Assembly (NCBI RefSeq): GCF_001194135.2
Contig: NC_069003.1
Coordinates: 19,064,223-19,128,222, forward strand
Reading direction: 5' to 3'
DNA from: Octopus bimaculoides
Lineage: Eukaryota
Length of the DNA: 64,000 bases
A model generated the notes under the pieces. It ran no database searches, had not been told where the DNA came from, and was given only the letters and a program-made list of their open reading frames with translations. The position numbers and the translations under genes were made by a program. Positions 50,346 to 62,528 of the stretch are shown here, piece after piece (the stretch's first letter is position 1; every line of letters begins with the position of its first letter).

Positions 50346-51721
50346 AACAATTAAGCCAAGTGGATTGGCAAAATCATGAGAGCATCAGATTGACTTAAAG
50401 TATTTATTCTAGATCTTTACCTTTCACCCTTCCTAGCAATTCTTGGGGTCAATTCATTTCCTTTTCCCTGGTCTTGTATCTATCTTTCTATCTTTTACTT
50501 GCTTCATTGGGCTGCTGCCATTCTGGGGCACCACCATAAAGGGTTTTAGTCGAACAAATCGACTTCCAGACTTATTTTCAGTCTGGTGCTTATTCTGTTG
50601 GTCCCTTTTGCCAAACTGCTTGTGTTCCAAGTTACACTGGGACACAAACAAACACCACTTGTCAAGTGATAGAAGGGAGCACGCTAAGACACATACACAC
50701 ATGTATGCAATGAGATTCCACACAGTTTCCGTCTTCTAAATCAACTCACAAGGCACTGATTGGCCTGGGGTTATAGGAGAGGACAATGCCCAAAGTACTT
50801 GGCAGTGGGATTGAACCTTAACCACACAGCTATGCCTGCATAGATTTTCCTCTTTTTTTTTCTTTATCTTATTTTGGTCTTGTTTGTTCCATAAAGAATT
50901 TTACTGTTTCACACTCCGTGACATGTTTAATTGTCAAAGAAATTTTAAAACCAACAGATTGAAAATTGGATTATGGAATAAAAAAGAAAAAATTTTGTTT
51001 CCCCTCAATCCTTTCCACTTTCAATCCCCACATCCTTTACAAACATCCAAGAATTTAAAAAAATAAACTCAGTAGATGAATTATAAAATAAAGCTTAAAA
51101 TAGGAAATAATTAACTCAATAAATTAATCCTGAGTATTTCAAGAACAAAGTGGGGATGGGGCAGAAAAGGTTGTTTATACTCGTTTAAATGCTTTCACAA
51201 AATTACAAAATGTTACATGAAAATTGGAGATGATTTAAATCTTTAGCATTTAAACTGGCCATATCAGACCCAAATATTCTACCCGTTTTAGGTTCAAAGT
51301 AGCCAGATCCAACCTCTTGCATCTACCCTGCAATGACAATATTGAAATCTAGAAGCAGTGAGATAATACATGATTAATTCAAAACAATGTGAATAAATAA
51401 GGACTACATTTGACAGAATGATCTGAATGCTAAAGGGTTACATTCAAAAGAAAAACTTGATGGTGGGGATCACAAGCTTTAGTGAAATTTCTTTATAATT
51501 CTAATTGAAACGGAATAGACATGGCTGTGTGGTTAAGAAGGTTGATTTGAAACCATGTGGTTATGAGTTCAACCCCATGCTGTGGGATTGAAACTGCAAC
51601 CATTGCTTTTGAACAAGTATTTTATACTGCAGTTAATTTTGAATGACTGACGAATTGACTTGTGAGTGGAATTTGGTACATGGAAACCTGTTATGTATGT
51701 GTGGGGGTGTGTCTGGACTGG

Positions 51722-51965
51722 CTTGTGCGGGTGGCACAAAAAAGACACCATTTCGAGCGTGGCCGTTTTCGTGCGGGTGACACGTAAAAGCACCCACTAC
51801 ACTCTCTGAGTGGTTGGCGTTAGGAAGGGCATCCAGCTGTAGAAACTCTGCCAAATCGGACTGGAGCCTGGTGTTGCCATCCGGTTTCACCAGTCCTCAG
51901 TCAAATCGTCCAACCCATGCTAGCATGGAAAGCGGACGTTAAACGATGATGATGATGATGATGAT
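51722..51965 (+). mobile_element. young RTE-tail repeat (truncated LINE or SINE 3' end)
   Basis: gtggttggcgttaggaagggcatccagctgtagaaac...ccaacccatgctagcatggaaagcggacgttaaacgatgatgat, CpGs intact. Confidence 0.85.
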
Positions 51966-52559
51966 ATATATGCATGCATGCATATATGTAAGTGTTCATA
52001 TGTGTGTGTATTGGGTTGTGTCCCTTTATATCTAGAGGTAACTTAGCCATTTGATTCACAGAGGTCAATAAAACAAGTACTGGAAGGTGGGTATTGATAT
52101 GATCAGTTAAGACCTTTGACATTTACACTCCAGCATAGTCCAGAGATAGAAGCCAGCAGTAAAAAATATATGAAATAAGAAATAATCTGTCTTTATAAAC
52201 CCTACCAAAAAAAAAGGAAGTCAGGAGGGGGAGTTTCTGGATCATGGAGGATGGTGATCCTTCATGAGTCATATAGATTCATAGGGTTGGTTTCCCAGTT
52301 TATGTGGTGTATGTATTCTGCCCCTGGGTGGGACAACATTCCATCACAGGATTACTCCTTTTTGCCAGCTGATTGAACTATGGAGGACTGGATTAAAGTA
52401 TCCTTCTTGTTGGTGCTGCAACAGCCAATCGTCACTGATGTAAATAAATTCATTTGTACCAAATATTTGCACATCACTTCCTCCTGCTCTTTCCTTCACC
52501 AAATTCCATTGACAAATTGTGAAACCTCCATATACCAGAAATCACCTTCTCACTGCACA

Positions 52560-52985
52560 CATACACACCTCTGCAAGCCAAAAAGGAGACCTCTGTGCAA
52601 TCACTTAGTCTGTTAGAAACAGTAACCAAACTTGCCTCAAATCACACATGCAAGCTAATGAGGGAACCTCTATACAGTTGCTCAACCTGCAAGAAACAGT
52701 AGCCAAATCTCATTCAAATTACACCCCACAGATATACACTTCCATACAGGCCAACAAGGGGTCCTCTTCACAGTCACTTAAAGCCCTAAAAATAGTAGCC
52801 AAATCTCTTCACTGGCATATGCACCCATACAAGCTGAGGGGACCTCTACTTGCTAAAAATAGCCAAATTTCCCTCAAACCACACTTCACTGATATACCCA
52901 TAGCAGCCAAAGAGGAGACCTCTACACAGTCACTCAATATGCTAAAAATAGTATCCAAATCATACCCTGCCATCTTAAAAGAAAT
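52560..52985 (+). repeat. degenerate tandem array, about 5 units of ~80-90 bp
   Basis: Recurrent caagcc...gacctct...cagtcact...aaatagtagccaaatctc. Confidence 0.75.
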
Positions 52986-52989
52986 GAGG

Positions 52990-53710
52990 GATGTGTAATG
53001 TCAGTGTGCATACACAACAGAGTGTAAGCGTCCTGAGAGAACAGTTGGGCATAAGAAGCATTAAATGTGGTGTGCAAGAGATACAACTGTGCTGGTATGG
53101 TGTTCCGTATGGATGAAGACAGCTGCGTGAGGAGGTGCCACTCCCTAACTGTGGAAGAGGAAGACATGGGATGAGGTGGTGAAGCATGACCTTCGAACAT
53201 TGGGTCTCACAGAGGCAATGACAGGAGACCAAGACCTTTGGAGATATGCTGTGAGGAGAAGACCTGGCAACTAAAGTGACATCGCAGCCACACATGTCCG
53301 GCCCAGTTAAGAGTACCCCTGATGCTTGAGAAGACCTGTTGAGTCAAATAAAATCAATATCATAACTGTAGCCAGTGCCCCCAACTGGCTCCTGTGCCAG
53401 TGGCACATAAAAAGCAGCATCCAAACATGGCTGATGCCAGTACCCCCTGACTGGCCCCTGTGCCGGTAGCACGTATAAAGGACTATCCGAACGTGATCGA
53501 TACCAGGTCCGCCTGATTGGCTTCTGTGCCGGTGGCACGTAAAAAGCACCCACTACACTCTTGGAGTGGTTGGTATTGGGAAGGGCATCCAGCTGTAGAA
53601 ACATTGCCAGATCAGATTGGAGCCTGGTACAGCCACTGGCTGTCCAGACCTCGGTCAAACCGTCCAACCCATGCCAGCATGGAAAATGGATGTTAAACAA
53701 TGATGATGAT
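52990..53710 (+). mobile_element. RTE-clade LINE 3' end (ORF2 C-terminus, 3' UTR with three internal repeats, (GAT)n tail)
   Basis: Translates to LREQLGIRSI...LCWYG...RMDEDSCVRRC...RKTWDEVVKHDLRTLGLTEAMTGDQDLWRYAV, the RTE ORF2 C-terminal pattern. Confidence 0.88.
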
Positions 53711-54120
53711 TGAATAATAACAGTAAGATATACAAAATGTCTAAATAAAAGATGAAATGGTTACTGCTTGATAAGGTCTCATCTGGCACCAAATAGCATG
53801 TGCACACACACTCTCTCCCACCCACTTCTCTTCAGTTCTCAAATATAGTTATTTTGTTTGAATGCCCTCTACCAATGACAGCACCTTTGCCATGAATTTG
53901 GTGCAATTTCTAATTAACAAAAATCAGCAACTGTTTTTCTTGCATGCACATGAATATACACATACATTTTATTTTTGTTGGGTCAGTCTCTTGCTACTCT
54001 GAGTTTTACCTGTGAGTCTGCCTGAAAATCCTATGTACTCACAGGTGAGCAACAGACTGACTCAACCAAAATAAATATCATTAATCTATACTATAGCATC
54101 GAGTACACTTTTTCCTAGCA

Positions 54121-54170
<50 letters not shown>

Positions 54171-55106
54171 ATGTATGTATAATGTTTTGCAAGGGCAAGG
54201 TTGATAGTAACTTTGAAGTTTCACCAATGACCCTTTGACAGACTAATGAAGCCAATCACCACTGCAATTTCAAAGTTACTGTCAACCTTTTCCATGTAAA
54301 ATAAATTTTGTACTCTGGTAAAATTACTTATCAAGTACTCTTTAAGTTAACATTTGATTTTTTTTTTTCTAACATGATTTTTTTTATAAAACATAAGCAT
54401 CAATATACATATATATTTATATTGCATATATACACATATATATATATATATACATACATTATTGTATTGATTAAACTTTTGAAAGTTGTTATACACCACT
54501 AATCACAATGCACTTCCTCACATTGTAGCTTTCAAATAATGCCACTCCACTGGCTAGGTGGCCAGGCCAACATTTCCCCTGAATGGCACGCCAGTCTTTT
54601 GCAGGGTTACCTGTTTACAGCTGAATGGGATGTAAAATGAAGTGTTTTGCTCAATACCACAACACACTGCCCAACTTGGAATCAAAGCCATGATCTTGCG
54701 ATTATAAGTGCAACACCCTAACCATTAAGCCATGCACCTTCACGCATACATATATACATATATATCTATATACACACATGTGTATTAAAATAAAAGACAA
54801 AAATCTCAAAAGCTTCATTTAGAAACAGAATTACTTCTTCAAACCTCAATCTTGCCATATTTATTGTCCATTATATTCACTTCTAAAAAATGTTATCGAG
54901 TTTCCGTTCAAACTTTTGGAAATTATTATCAAAATATATTTAAAAAAGAAAATATTCTAATCAAGACTAAAATTTAAACAGTTTTATTATATCTTCTGTT
55001 ATTTTTGTACATCATTTCCTGGTCTTTCTCTTTCTCTCTTCACTCAAAATTCCAAACAACACCTTCTCCCTACCCACTGTAAATATTTTTTCTGAACACA
55101 GTTTAC

Positions 55107-55212
55107 CCGTCAGCACCTGACTTCACTATCATGGCTATATCATTATTAGATGTTTGAGGTAGTGAACAGGTAGTTAACCTAAGAAATCCAGTTGTTTGGA
55201 CAGTGGACTTCA
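55107..55212 (-). CDS. candidate second coding exon of the minus-strand gene: VKSTVQTTGFLRLTTCSLPQTSNNDIAMIVKS(GAD)
   Basis: Strong acceptor ttttattcttctccatatttcgaaacag; open only in the phase-1 frame that the upstream exon requires; donor at 55117 (gtgctg) or 55107 (gtaaac). Confidence 0.5.
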
Positions 55213-55399
55213 CTGTTTCGAAATATGGAGAAGAATAAAATAAAATACATAAAAGAATCTGATATTTGCATTTTTCTTAGATGTTTTCACTGTTGTACAA
55301 TTTAGAGATTGTTCACTTCCAAACATAGCCACATTCATTATTGAATGAACACAACCACATTCATTCACTGCTAAACATAAACACATCTATTCACTTTGA

Positions 55400-55690
55400 A
55401 ATAGCTATATGTGTTCAGCAAGTGAGCATAGCCAAAATTGTTCGTTACTGAGAATTGCTATGCGTGTTTGCTGCTCAACATAACCAAGTTTGTTCACTAC
55501 TGAGCATTAATACATGTGTTCACTGCTCGGCACAGCCAGAATTCATTCACTATGTGTGTTCATAGTTCAACATACCCAAAATTTATTTACTACAAAACAT
55601 GTTCACTGTTCAGCACTATCATATTTGTTTGCTACTGAGCATTGCTACATGTGTCCACAGCTCAGCATAGCCAAATTTTTTCCTTGACTG
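55400..55690 (+). repeat. degenerate minisatellite, ~50-55-bp unit
   Basis: Recurrent catagccaaa.ttgttcactactgagcatt...atgtgttcactgctcag. Confidence 0.7.
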
Positions 55691-56199
55691 AACACAGTTT
55701 TATTTTTCCAAGAATGTTTATAAGTTTGCTGTGTACAGTTGTAATAGTAGTTGTTTCTCCCTGTAAAAGGTGACTGTAGTGAAGCAATGTTACCCTATGG
55801 TGAACAACTGTCATAATCTATTAACATACATTGTTTACTGTTGTACACTGACTAAGATGGCAGTCTGTCATCAATTGCACAACAAATAATAAATTAATAA
55901 TCTAGGAATAAACAAATGACTGTGATTCCTCTGCCATATGTAATTAGCTTTTGAAGTACATCATTATGAAACATGGTGTATAAATCCTACATGGCCACCA
56001 TGCCTGACACAAGTTGACTGAAGAAGGGAAATGACATTAAATTATCAGTACAACAAACATTATTATGCAATCCAGCCTCATATTTTCTTCCATAATTATC
56101 AAAAGAAACTTGCACATTGTTATTTAGCTACCATAAATTATATGGTAAAACATACTTGAAAGCAGTGTGTGTATTTGTAGATGCGTGTGTGTGTGTATA

Positions 56200-57469
56200 C
56201 AGGGGTTGGATAAAATAATGGAAACACCTTAAAATTTCAAACAAATTTTTTTTGATATTGGGTAGAACTGCCTTTGGCAGTAATTACAGCTTGAAAATCT
56301 ACAAGGTATGGGCTCGTACAAAGTTTGAATTGTTTCCAAAGGAATTTTTGTCCATTCTTCAGCTAAAACAGTCTCCAGTTCTTGTCGTGATGATGATGGA
56401 GGATATCGACTCCTTGCTTGTTTTTCTAAAATGCACCATAAATGTTCAATAATATTGAGATCTGGAGACTGTGGTGACCAGATAAGATGTTCAACTTCAC
56501 TAGAATGTTCTTCATGCCATTCAGTAACAACTTCAGCTGTGTGAATTGGTGCATTATCATCCAGAAAGATTGTATTTCCCTCTGGAAACAGTTCCGCAAC
56601 TGTTGGATGAATTTGATCAGATAAAATGCTTAAATAGTGACTATTTAATTCTTCCATGAAGGGAAACCATTGGGCCAGCAGATTTCCAAGATATAGCCCC
56701 CCAGATCATCACAGATCCTCTTCCATGTTTAACAATTAATTGGAAGAAGGCAGTCTGGGTCAAATGCTTCTTTTGGCTGTCTCCACACGTATACTCGGCC
56801 AGTGGTCAGAAATATGGTAAAGGATGACTCGTCCAAGAAAATAACATTCTTCCACTGCTCTAGGGACAATTCTGTAGGTTTTTACTCCACTCTAAACGCT
56901 TTGCAATGTTTGTTTTTGAAAGTAGTGGTTTTCTGATTGCAGCCCTCCTGTGAAATCTGGCTTTGTGCAGCTCCTGGCAAACAGTTTTTGTGGAAACTGG
57001 ATTCTTGAGGTGGTCATTAAGCTCTGCAGTAATTGGGAGCTATGCTTTTGTGATCCTTTCTAACAATTCGCATAAGAGTCTGACAGTCGGTATCTGAAAG
57101 TTTTGGTTTTCTTCCGGAGTTTTGTTTTGACAAGGAGGTTTTTCCCTCTTTCTCAAAGGCCGTCATTACTTTCAAGATAGTACTTCCTGATACACCAAAC
57201 ATTTTGGCAGTTTTCATTACGCTAGCGCCTGCCATACAAGCACCAATAATTTAGCCTCTTTGAAAGTCTGACAGATCTGTTATTTTAATGAATTTTAATT
57301 ACCTTTTCCTGATGATATCTGAAAAGAAACCACTTTAGCAAAACATATTAAGCAATACTAACAATAAATAAAAAAACATAAAAATAAACAAGCTTTTGAC
57401 GGTTTTATAGATATTTCAAAATTATGATGCTATGATGTTAGGTGTTTCCATTATTTTGTCCAACCCCTG
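56200..57469 (-). mobile_element. complete Tc1-family DNA transposon with disrupted transposase, DD36E spacing
   Basis: 30-bp TIRs CAGGGGTTGGA(T/C)AAAATAATGGAAACACCT with 1 mismatch, TA on both sides. HTH with GRKPK (57017-57235), VIFLDESSF (~56770-56800), DDNAPIH...SPDLNIIE (56229-56657). Confidence 0.95.
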
Positions 57470-57617
57470 TATGTATATATATATATATTTATATATATAA
57501 TGATTTTCTTAAATTAAAAACTATTGATTACATTAAAAAAATCTTTACAAAAACTGACACAAAAAAGTTTTTGTATACGGTATGTGTATACATGCATGAA
57601 TATATATGAGACAGTAC

Positions 57618-57726
57618 CTTTGGAAGGTTTCCTATACCTTAGCACCTGGCTGAATAAGTCTTTGTGAAGCTTGTTCAAGGGATCATCCTTATTTTGGAGC
57701 AAGGGACTTGTCTCTTCCAGGTCCAT
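57618..57726 (-). CDS. candidate first coding exon of an unidentified minus-strand gene: MDLEETSPLLQNKDDPLNKLHKDLFSQVLRYRKPSK
   Basis: Acceptor tatcttcttag|AATT precedes the ATG; donor AAG|gtactg; 109 nt, phase 1; ETSPLL acidic dileucine motif. Confidence 0.55.
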
Positions 57727-57828
57727 AATTCTAAGAAGATACACAGTTCTAGGTTTCAGGAGATCTTGAAAATAATCAAGAATTTGGGAGGGTCTTTTTT
57801 ATATTAATTTGGTACATTAAGCAAATAT

Positions 57829-57989
57829 ATGGATCAGTTTGCGTTCTGGCGGGAACGGTTCGAAGAAGTTGCCGATTCGAATAATGATCAGTCGTGTGAT
57901 GACAAGGTTGATGTTTTCCGCTACGCTCGCGCTTGTTTATATTTAAATGAGAAGAATGGCGATAGCAGTTTTGTATCTAATGGCGATAG
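57829..57989 (+). CDS. candidate first coding exon of an unidentified plus-strand gene: MDQFAFWRERFEEVADSNNDQSCDDKVDVFRYARACLYLNEKNGDSSFVSNGD
   Basis: ATG-started, non-repetitive 53-codon frame, 13 CpG in 161 nt, ends AG|gtagtt (phase 2). Too short for the ORF track. Confidence 0.5.
57829..57989. promoter_or_regulatory. CpG-rich patch, probable unmethylated 5' or promoter-proximal region shared by two divergent genes
   Basis: 13 CpG in 161 bp against strongly CpG-depleted flanks. Confidence 0.45.
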
Positions 57990-58742
57990 GTAGTTTCACT
58001 ACATATATATACACACACACATACATACATACATATATGTATGTATTTACATATATATAAATATACATATATTCATGTATATACATATATGCCTATACAT
58101 ATATATATATATTAATAGTTATCGCCAAGCCAACATGGCAGTCCCAATGTCTATATATATATATATATATATATATACATACATACATCATATATATATA
58201 TATATATATATGAGTGGTTGGTGTTAGGAAGGGCATCCTGCTGTAAAAGTTCTGCTAAAAGTCTGCCTGACTGGCTCCTGTCAAACTTTCCTCCCCATGC
58301 CAGCATGGAAGGTGGATGTTAAACAATGATGATGATGATATATATGGATATATATATATACTCTGGTTGAAGTAAGAACTAGCGATACCACGAGTAGAAG
58401 AAAAGCTAACCAGGAGATTAATCTCACTGTAAACATCAACCATCAATATCAGAACAATTTACTCCCTGCTTTGGATTTAATGAAGGGTTTGTTGCAAAAT
58501 TCTGAGAACATTACCGAATATAACCAGCACCTGAATGAGGTTGAACTGTTACTATAGCAACCAAGAGGAGGACACCAACCACAATGTATCAGAGCATCAA
58601 CAATGACAAAATGCCTTGTGATATTTCATTTCATTACATTCTGAGTTCAGCTCTCATGGAGATTATCTTTATCTTGATGAAAATAAGAAGTACTAAGTAG
58701 AGGGCCTTCTACATGTTAGAAATTATTATTATTATTATTATT

Positions 58743-60990
58743 AAGAAGCAGTGAGTTGGCAGAATCGTTAGCAAGCCAGAGAAAATGTTTTTCAGCATTT
58801 TCTTCCTGTTTTACATTCTCAGTTCAAATTTCACTGACGATTTTGCCTTTCATTCCTTTTGGGGTCAATGAAATAAATACCAGTTGAACATTGGAGTCAA
58901 CTAACCTCCTCCCTAAAATTTCAGATCCTGGACCTTTAGGAAAAAGGATTATTATTATTATCATTATTATTATTATCATTATTATTATTATTAATATTAT
59001 TATTATTATTATTTAAGATAGTGATCTGACAGAACTGTTAGCATGCTAGACAAAATGCTTAGTGGCATTTTGCCTGTCTTTAAATCTGAGTTCAAATACT
59101 ACCAAAGTCAACTTTGCCTTTCATCCTTTCAAGGTCGATAGAATAAGTACTGATTGATCATCAGGGTTGATGTAATCGACATACACCCCTGCCCTGAAAT
59201 TGCTGGCTTTGTGCCTAAATCAGAAATAATAATGATTATAATAATGATTTCTCATTTAGGCAAAAGTTCAGCAATTTTGCAGGGAAGGGATTGGTTAATA
59301 CTAGCCTCAGTACTTAACTCAGAGTTAATTTTTATTGACCCCAGAGGAATGAAAGGCAAAGTTGATCTCTTTTCATCATTTCACAGTCAATAAGATAAAG
59401 TAGCAGTCAAGTACTGGGTTTTATGGTACTGACTTACCCCTCCCAACAAAGTTTCAGCCCTTGTGCCCATTTTAGAAATAATAAAAAATAATACTAATGT
59501 GATTATTATTATTATTATTATTATTAAGGCTGCAGAAAGTGGTGAGCTGGCAGGATTGTAAGCATGCCTGACAAAATGCTTGGTAGCATTTCGTCTGTCT
59601 TTATATTTTGAGTTTAAATTCTGCCAAGGTCAACTTGCCTTTCCTCTTTTTTGGGAGTCAATAAAATAAGTACCAGTTGAGCATTTGGGTCAATGTAACT
59701 GATTAGCACACTCCCTTAAAATTTCAGGCCTTGTGCCTATAGTAGAAAGAATTATTATTGAGGTAGTAAGATGGCAGAATTGTTAGCACATTGGACAAAA
59801 TGCTTAGCAGTATCTCTTCTGGCTTTTTATATTCAGAGTTCAAATTCCTCCAAGGTTACATTTGCCTTTCGTCTTTTTGGGGTCAATTAAGTTAAGTACA
59901 AGTTGAGTACTCGGTCTCACTCTCTCCCCTCAAATTTGCTGGCTTTATGCCAAAATTAGAAAAATTATTTTCCATAAACTTTTGTCTTCAGAACTTTTAA
60001 AATATTGATAAAAAATTTTTTTTAAATGCCGATCATGAGTATGGGCAGGGTTGGGGGTGATGTTTGGAAGAATTTCATTTCTTGTAGGGATTATGGGATT
60101 TTAGAAACCAAAATGGAGAAAATTTTTTTTTTTTTTTTTTCTTAACTATTGATTTAACTAAAACTTTTTATCTTTTTCTGTCAGCATTTTCTTTTCTGTT
60201 GATAATGAATATTTTGTGATATTCAGGTACATTTCAAAATATAAAGAATGTAGTTAAATAAAATTAAAAAGAAAAACGTCTGAAATCTGGAATAAGAGGG
60301 AAAAAATTTTCTTTACAACAAATATTTCACAAAATAAAATTTTCAAAAACTTCAAAATAAAAAGAAACAATATATATATATATATATCTGTATATACATG
60401 TCTATTTTTTAAGTGTTGAAATTTTATGTTTCTATTATTCACAAAGTCTAAGGAAATAAGCTGATAGAATTGCTAGTGCACCAGACTAAATTTTTAGCAG
60501 CATTTTTTCTGACTCCTTTCTTCTAAGTTATAATTCCACCAAGGTCGACTTTGCCTATCATGCTTTTGAAGTCAATTATTATTTAAGGTAATGAGCTGGC
60601 AGAATCATTAGGGTAAAATGCTTAGCAGCATTTCATCTGTCCTTATGTTCTAAGTTCAATTCTGCCAAGGTTGACTTTGCCTTTCACACATTCTGTATCA
60701 ATAAAATAAGTACCAGTTGAGCACTGGGGTCGACTAAACCCCTCCTTTGAAATTGCTGGCTTGGTGCCAAAATTTGAAACCATTATTATTATTATTATTA
60801 TCATCATCATCATCATCATTACTCAAAATGTTTGGCAGCATTCATCTGTCTATGTTCTGAGTTCAAATTCCACCAGGGTTGATTTTGCCTTTCATCTTTT
60901 TGGGGTTGATAAAATAAGTACCAGTTGAGTACTGGAGTCGATGTAATCAACTATCCCCCAAAATTGCTGCCCTTGTGGCAAAATTTAAAA
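58743..60990 (+). mobile_element. cluster of about 8 SINE family B copies, mostly head-to-tail through (ATT)n tails
   Basis: Repeated gagctggcagaat...gagttcaaattc...ctttcatcctt...aagtaccag units separated by attattatt runs. Confidence 0.85.
60185..60226 (+). CDS. candidate exon 2 of the plus-strand gene: (S)IFFSVDNEYFVIF
   Basis: Long T tract plus ctgtcag acceptor, CAG|gtacat donor, 42 nt, phase 2-2, open. Confidence 0.4.
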
Positions 60991-62419
60991 CTGTTGTTAT
61001 TATCATTACTGCTTTTTGACAGTTGAGCAATGAGGTCAAGGTTATCAAATTGCTCCTTCCGCAAAAATTTCCAGCCTTCTGCCTATTATAGGAAGTATTA
61101 TTTACATAGCCTTGCAAAGCATATGGCATTGATTTCACTAGTGCTGGTTCCATGACAAAAAGCACCCAGTACATGCTGTAAAGTGGTTGGCGTTAGGAAG
61201 TGTATCCAGTCATAGAAATCATACCAAGACAGATATCAGATCTTTCTGCAGTCCTCAAACCATTGGACCATGTCAGACCATACAACCCATGCAACATGGA
61301 AGGCAGACATTAAAAGATTATGACACTGGAGATCAAGTGGTTGGTTGCTAATGCTTCTCAGCCATATGGCTAAGATCAATATCAAGAGGTTGGTTGCTAT
61401 TCCACATCAGTCAGCTCCAATAGACCTTAACTATAATCAAGCTGTTTCAGCCATGACCATGCAGTCTTTTATCCAGAACACATATGATGTGCCTTTGCTA
61501 AAGACTCACACATTCAAGGGGTATCCATTGGTCAGTACTGGCCCTCCATCTTATGAATGTGCCATCCTAGACATAACTCTTCTTGAGGAAGACTGACAGT
61601 TGTCCATCCATGCAAATCTCCCCTTTCCATACCATTAAACGTGATCAATTCAAATAATGTCAATAAATAAGCATTACACTTGACAGACTAATCTGATTGT
61701 TAAAGGTTAGTATTAACCAAGAGAAAGACTACCAACTTAAGCTGATACAGCTTGGTACTAGCATTATCATAGGTATTTCTGTTGGAACACAAACAACCAG
61801 AACAAGCACTGCAACATATTTCACTGGAGACCTTTTAATAATTACGCCAATCCATCAACATGGATTGGTACTTTTGCTTATCAAAAGGATAAACAGTAAA
61901 GTTGACATCAGCAGGATTTGAACTCAGAATGCAGAAAGTCAGGAAAAATACTAGGAGGTATTCATTCAATACAACACTCTTAACAGCTCTATCTATTTAC
62001 CTTCTTCAGCCAAACTCCCCCAACATATACATGTATACATTCTTTTACACAAATGGACAGAAAGATCCATATTAGAAAAATATATAGGACAATGAGGCAT
62101 TACTGCAGACGTGTGTGCCCCATGGTTTCAGGTTCAGTCCCACTGCGTGGAACCTTGACAAGTGTCTTCTACTATAAGCTTTAGGCTAAATGAGTTTGAT
62201 AGATGGAAAGAGAGAGAGAGAGAGTGTGTGTGTGTGTGCGCATTTCTGTGTACTTGTTTCACATTTCTTAATGACTGGTGTTAGAGTTTGTTTTTCAGTA
62301 CTATATAACACAGCATTTTGGCAAAATGAACCTTAAAAAATAAGTACTAAGGGTCAATTTGTTTGACTGAGCCAAGGTGGTGCCCCAGCATGGTCACAGT
62401 CCAATGACTGAAACAAAGA

Positions 62420-62453
62420 ATATATATAGATATATATATATATATATATATAT

Positions 62454-62525
<72 letters not shown>
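62420..62525. repeat. (TA)n microsatellite (others at 19571-19602, 35717-35760, 37849-37896, 54123-54165; (CA)n at 29995-30034, 21470-21505)
   Basis: Seen directly. Confidence 0.95.

Positions 62526-62528
<3 letters not shown>

Noticed and set aside
58743-60990. Repeat-spacer-like periodicity (CRISPR-like) and tRNA-like A/B boxes
   Set aside because: The units are ~200-bp SINEs with variable bodies in eukaryotic DNA, and no complete cloverleaf tRNA is present
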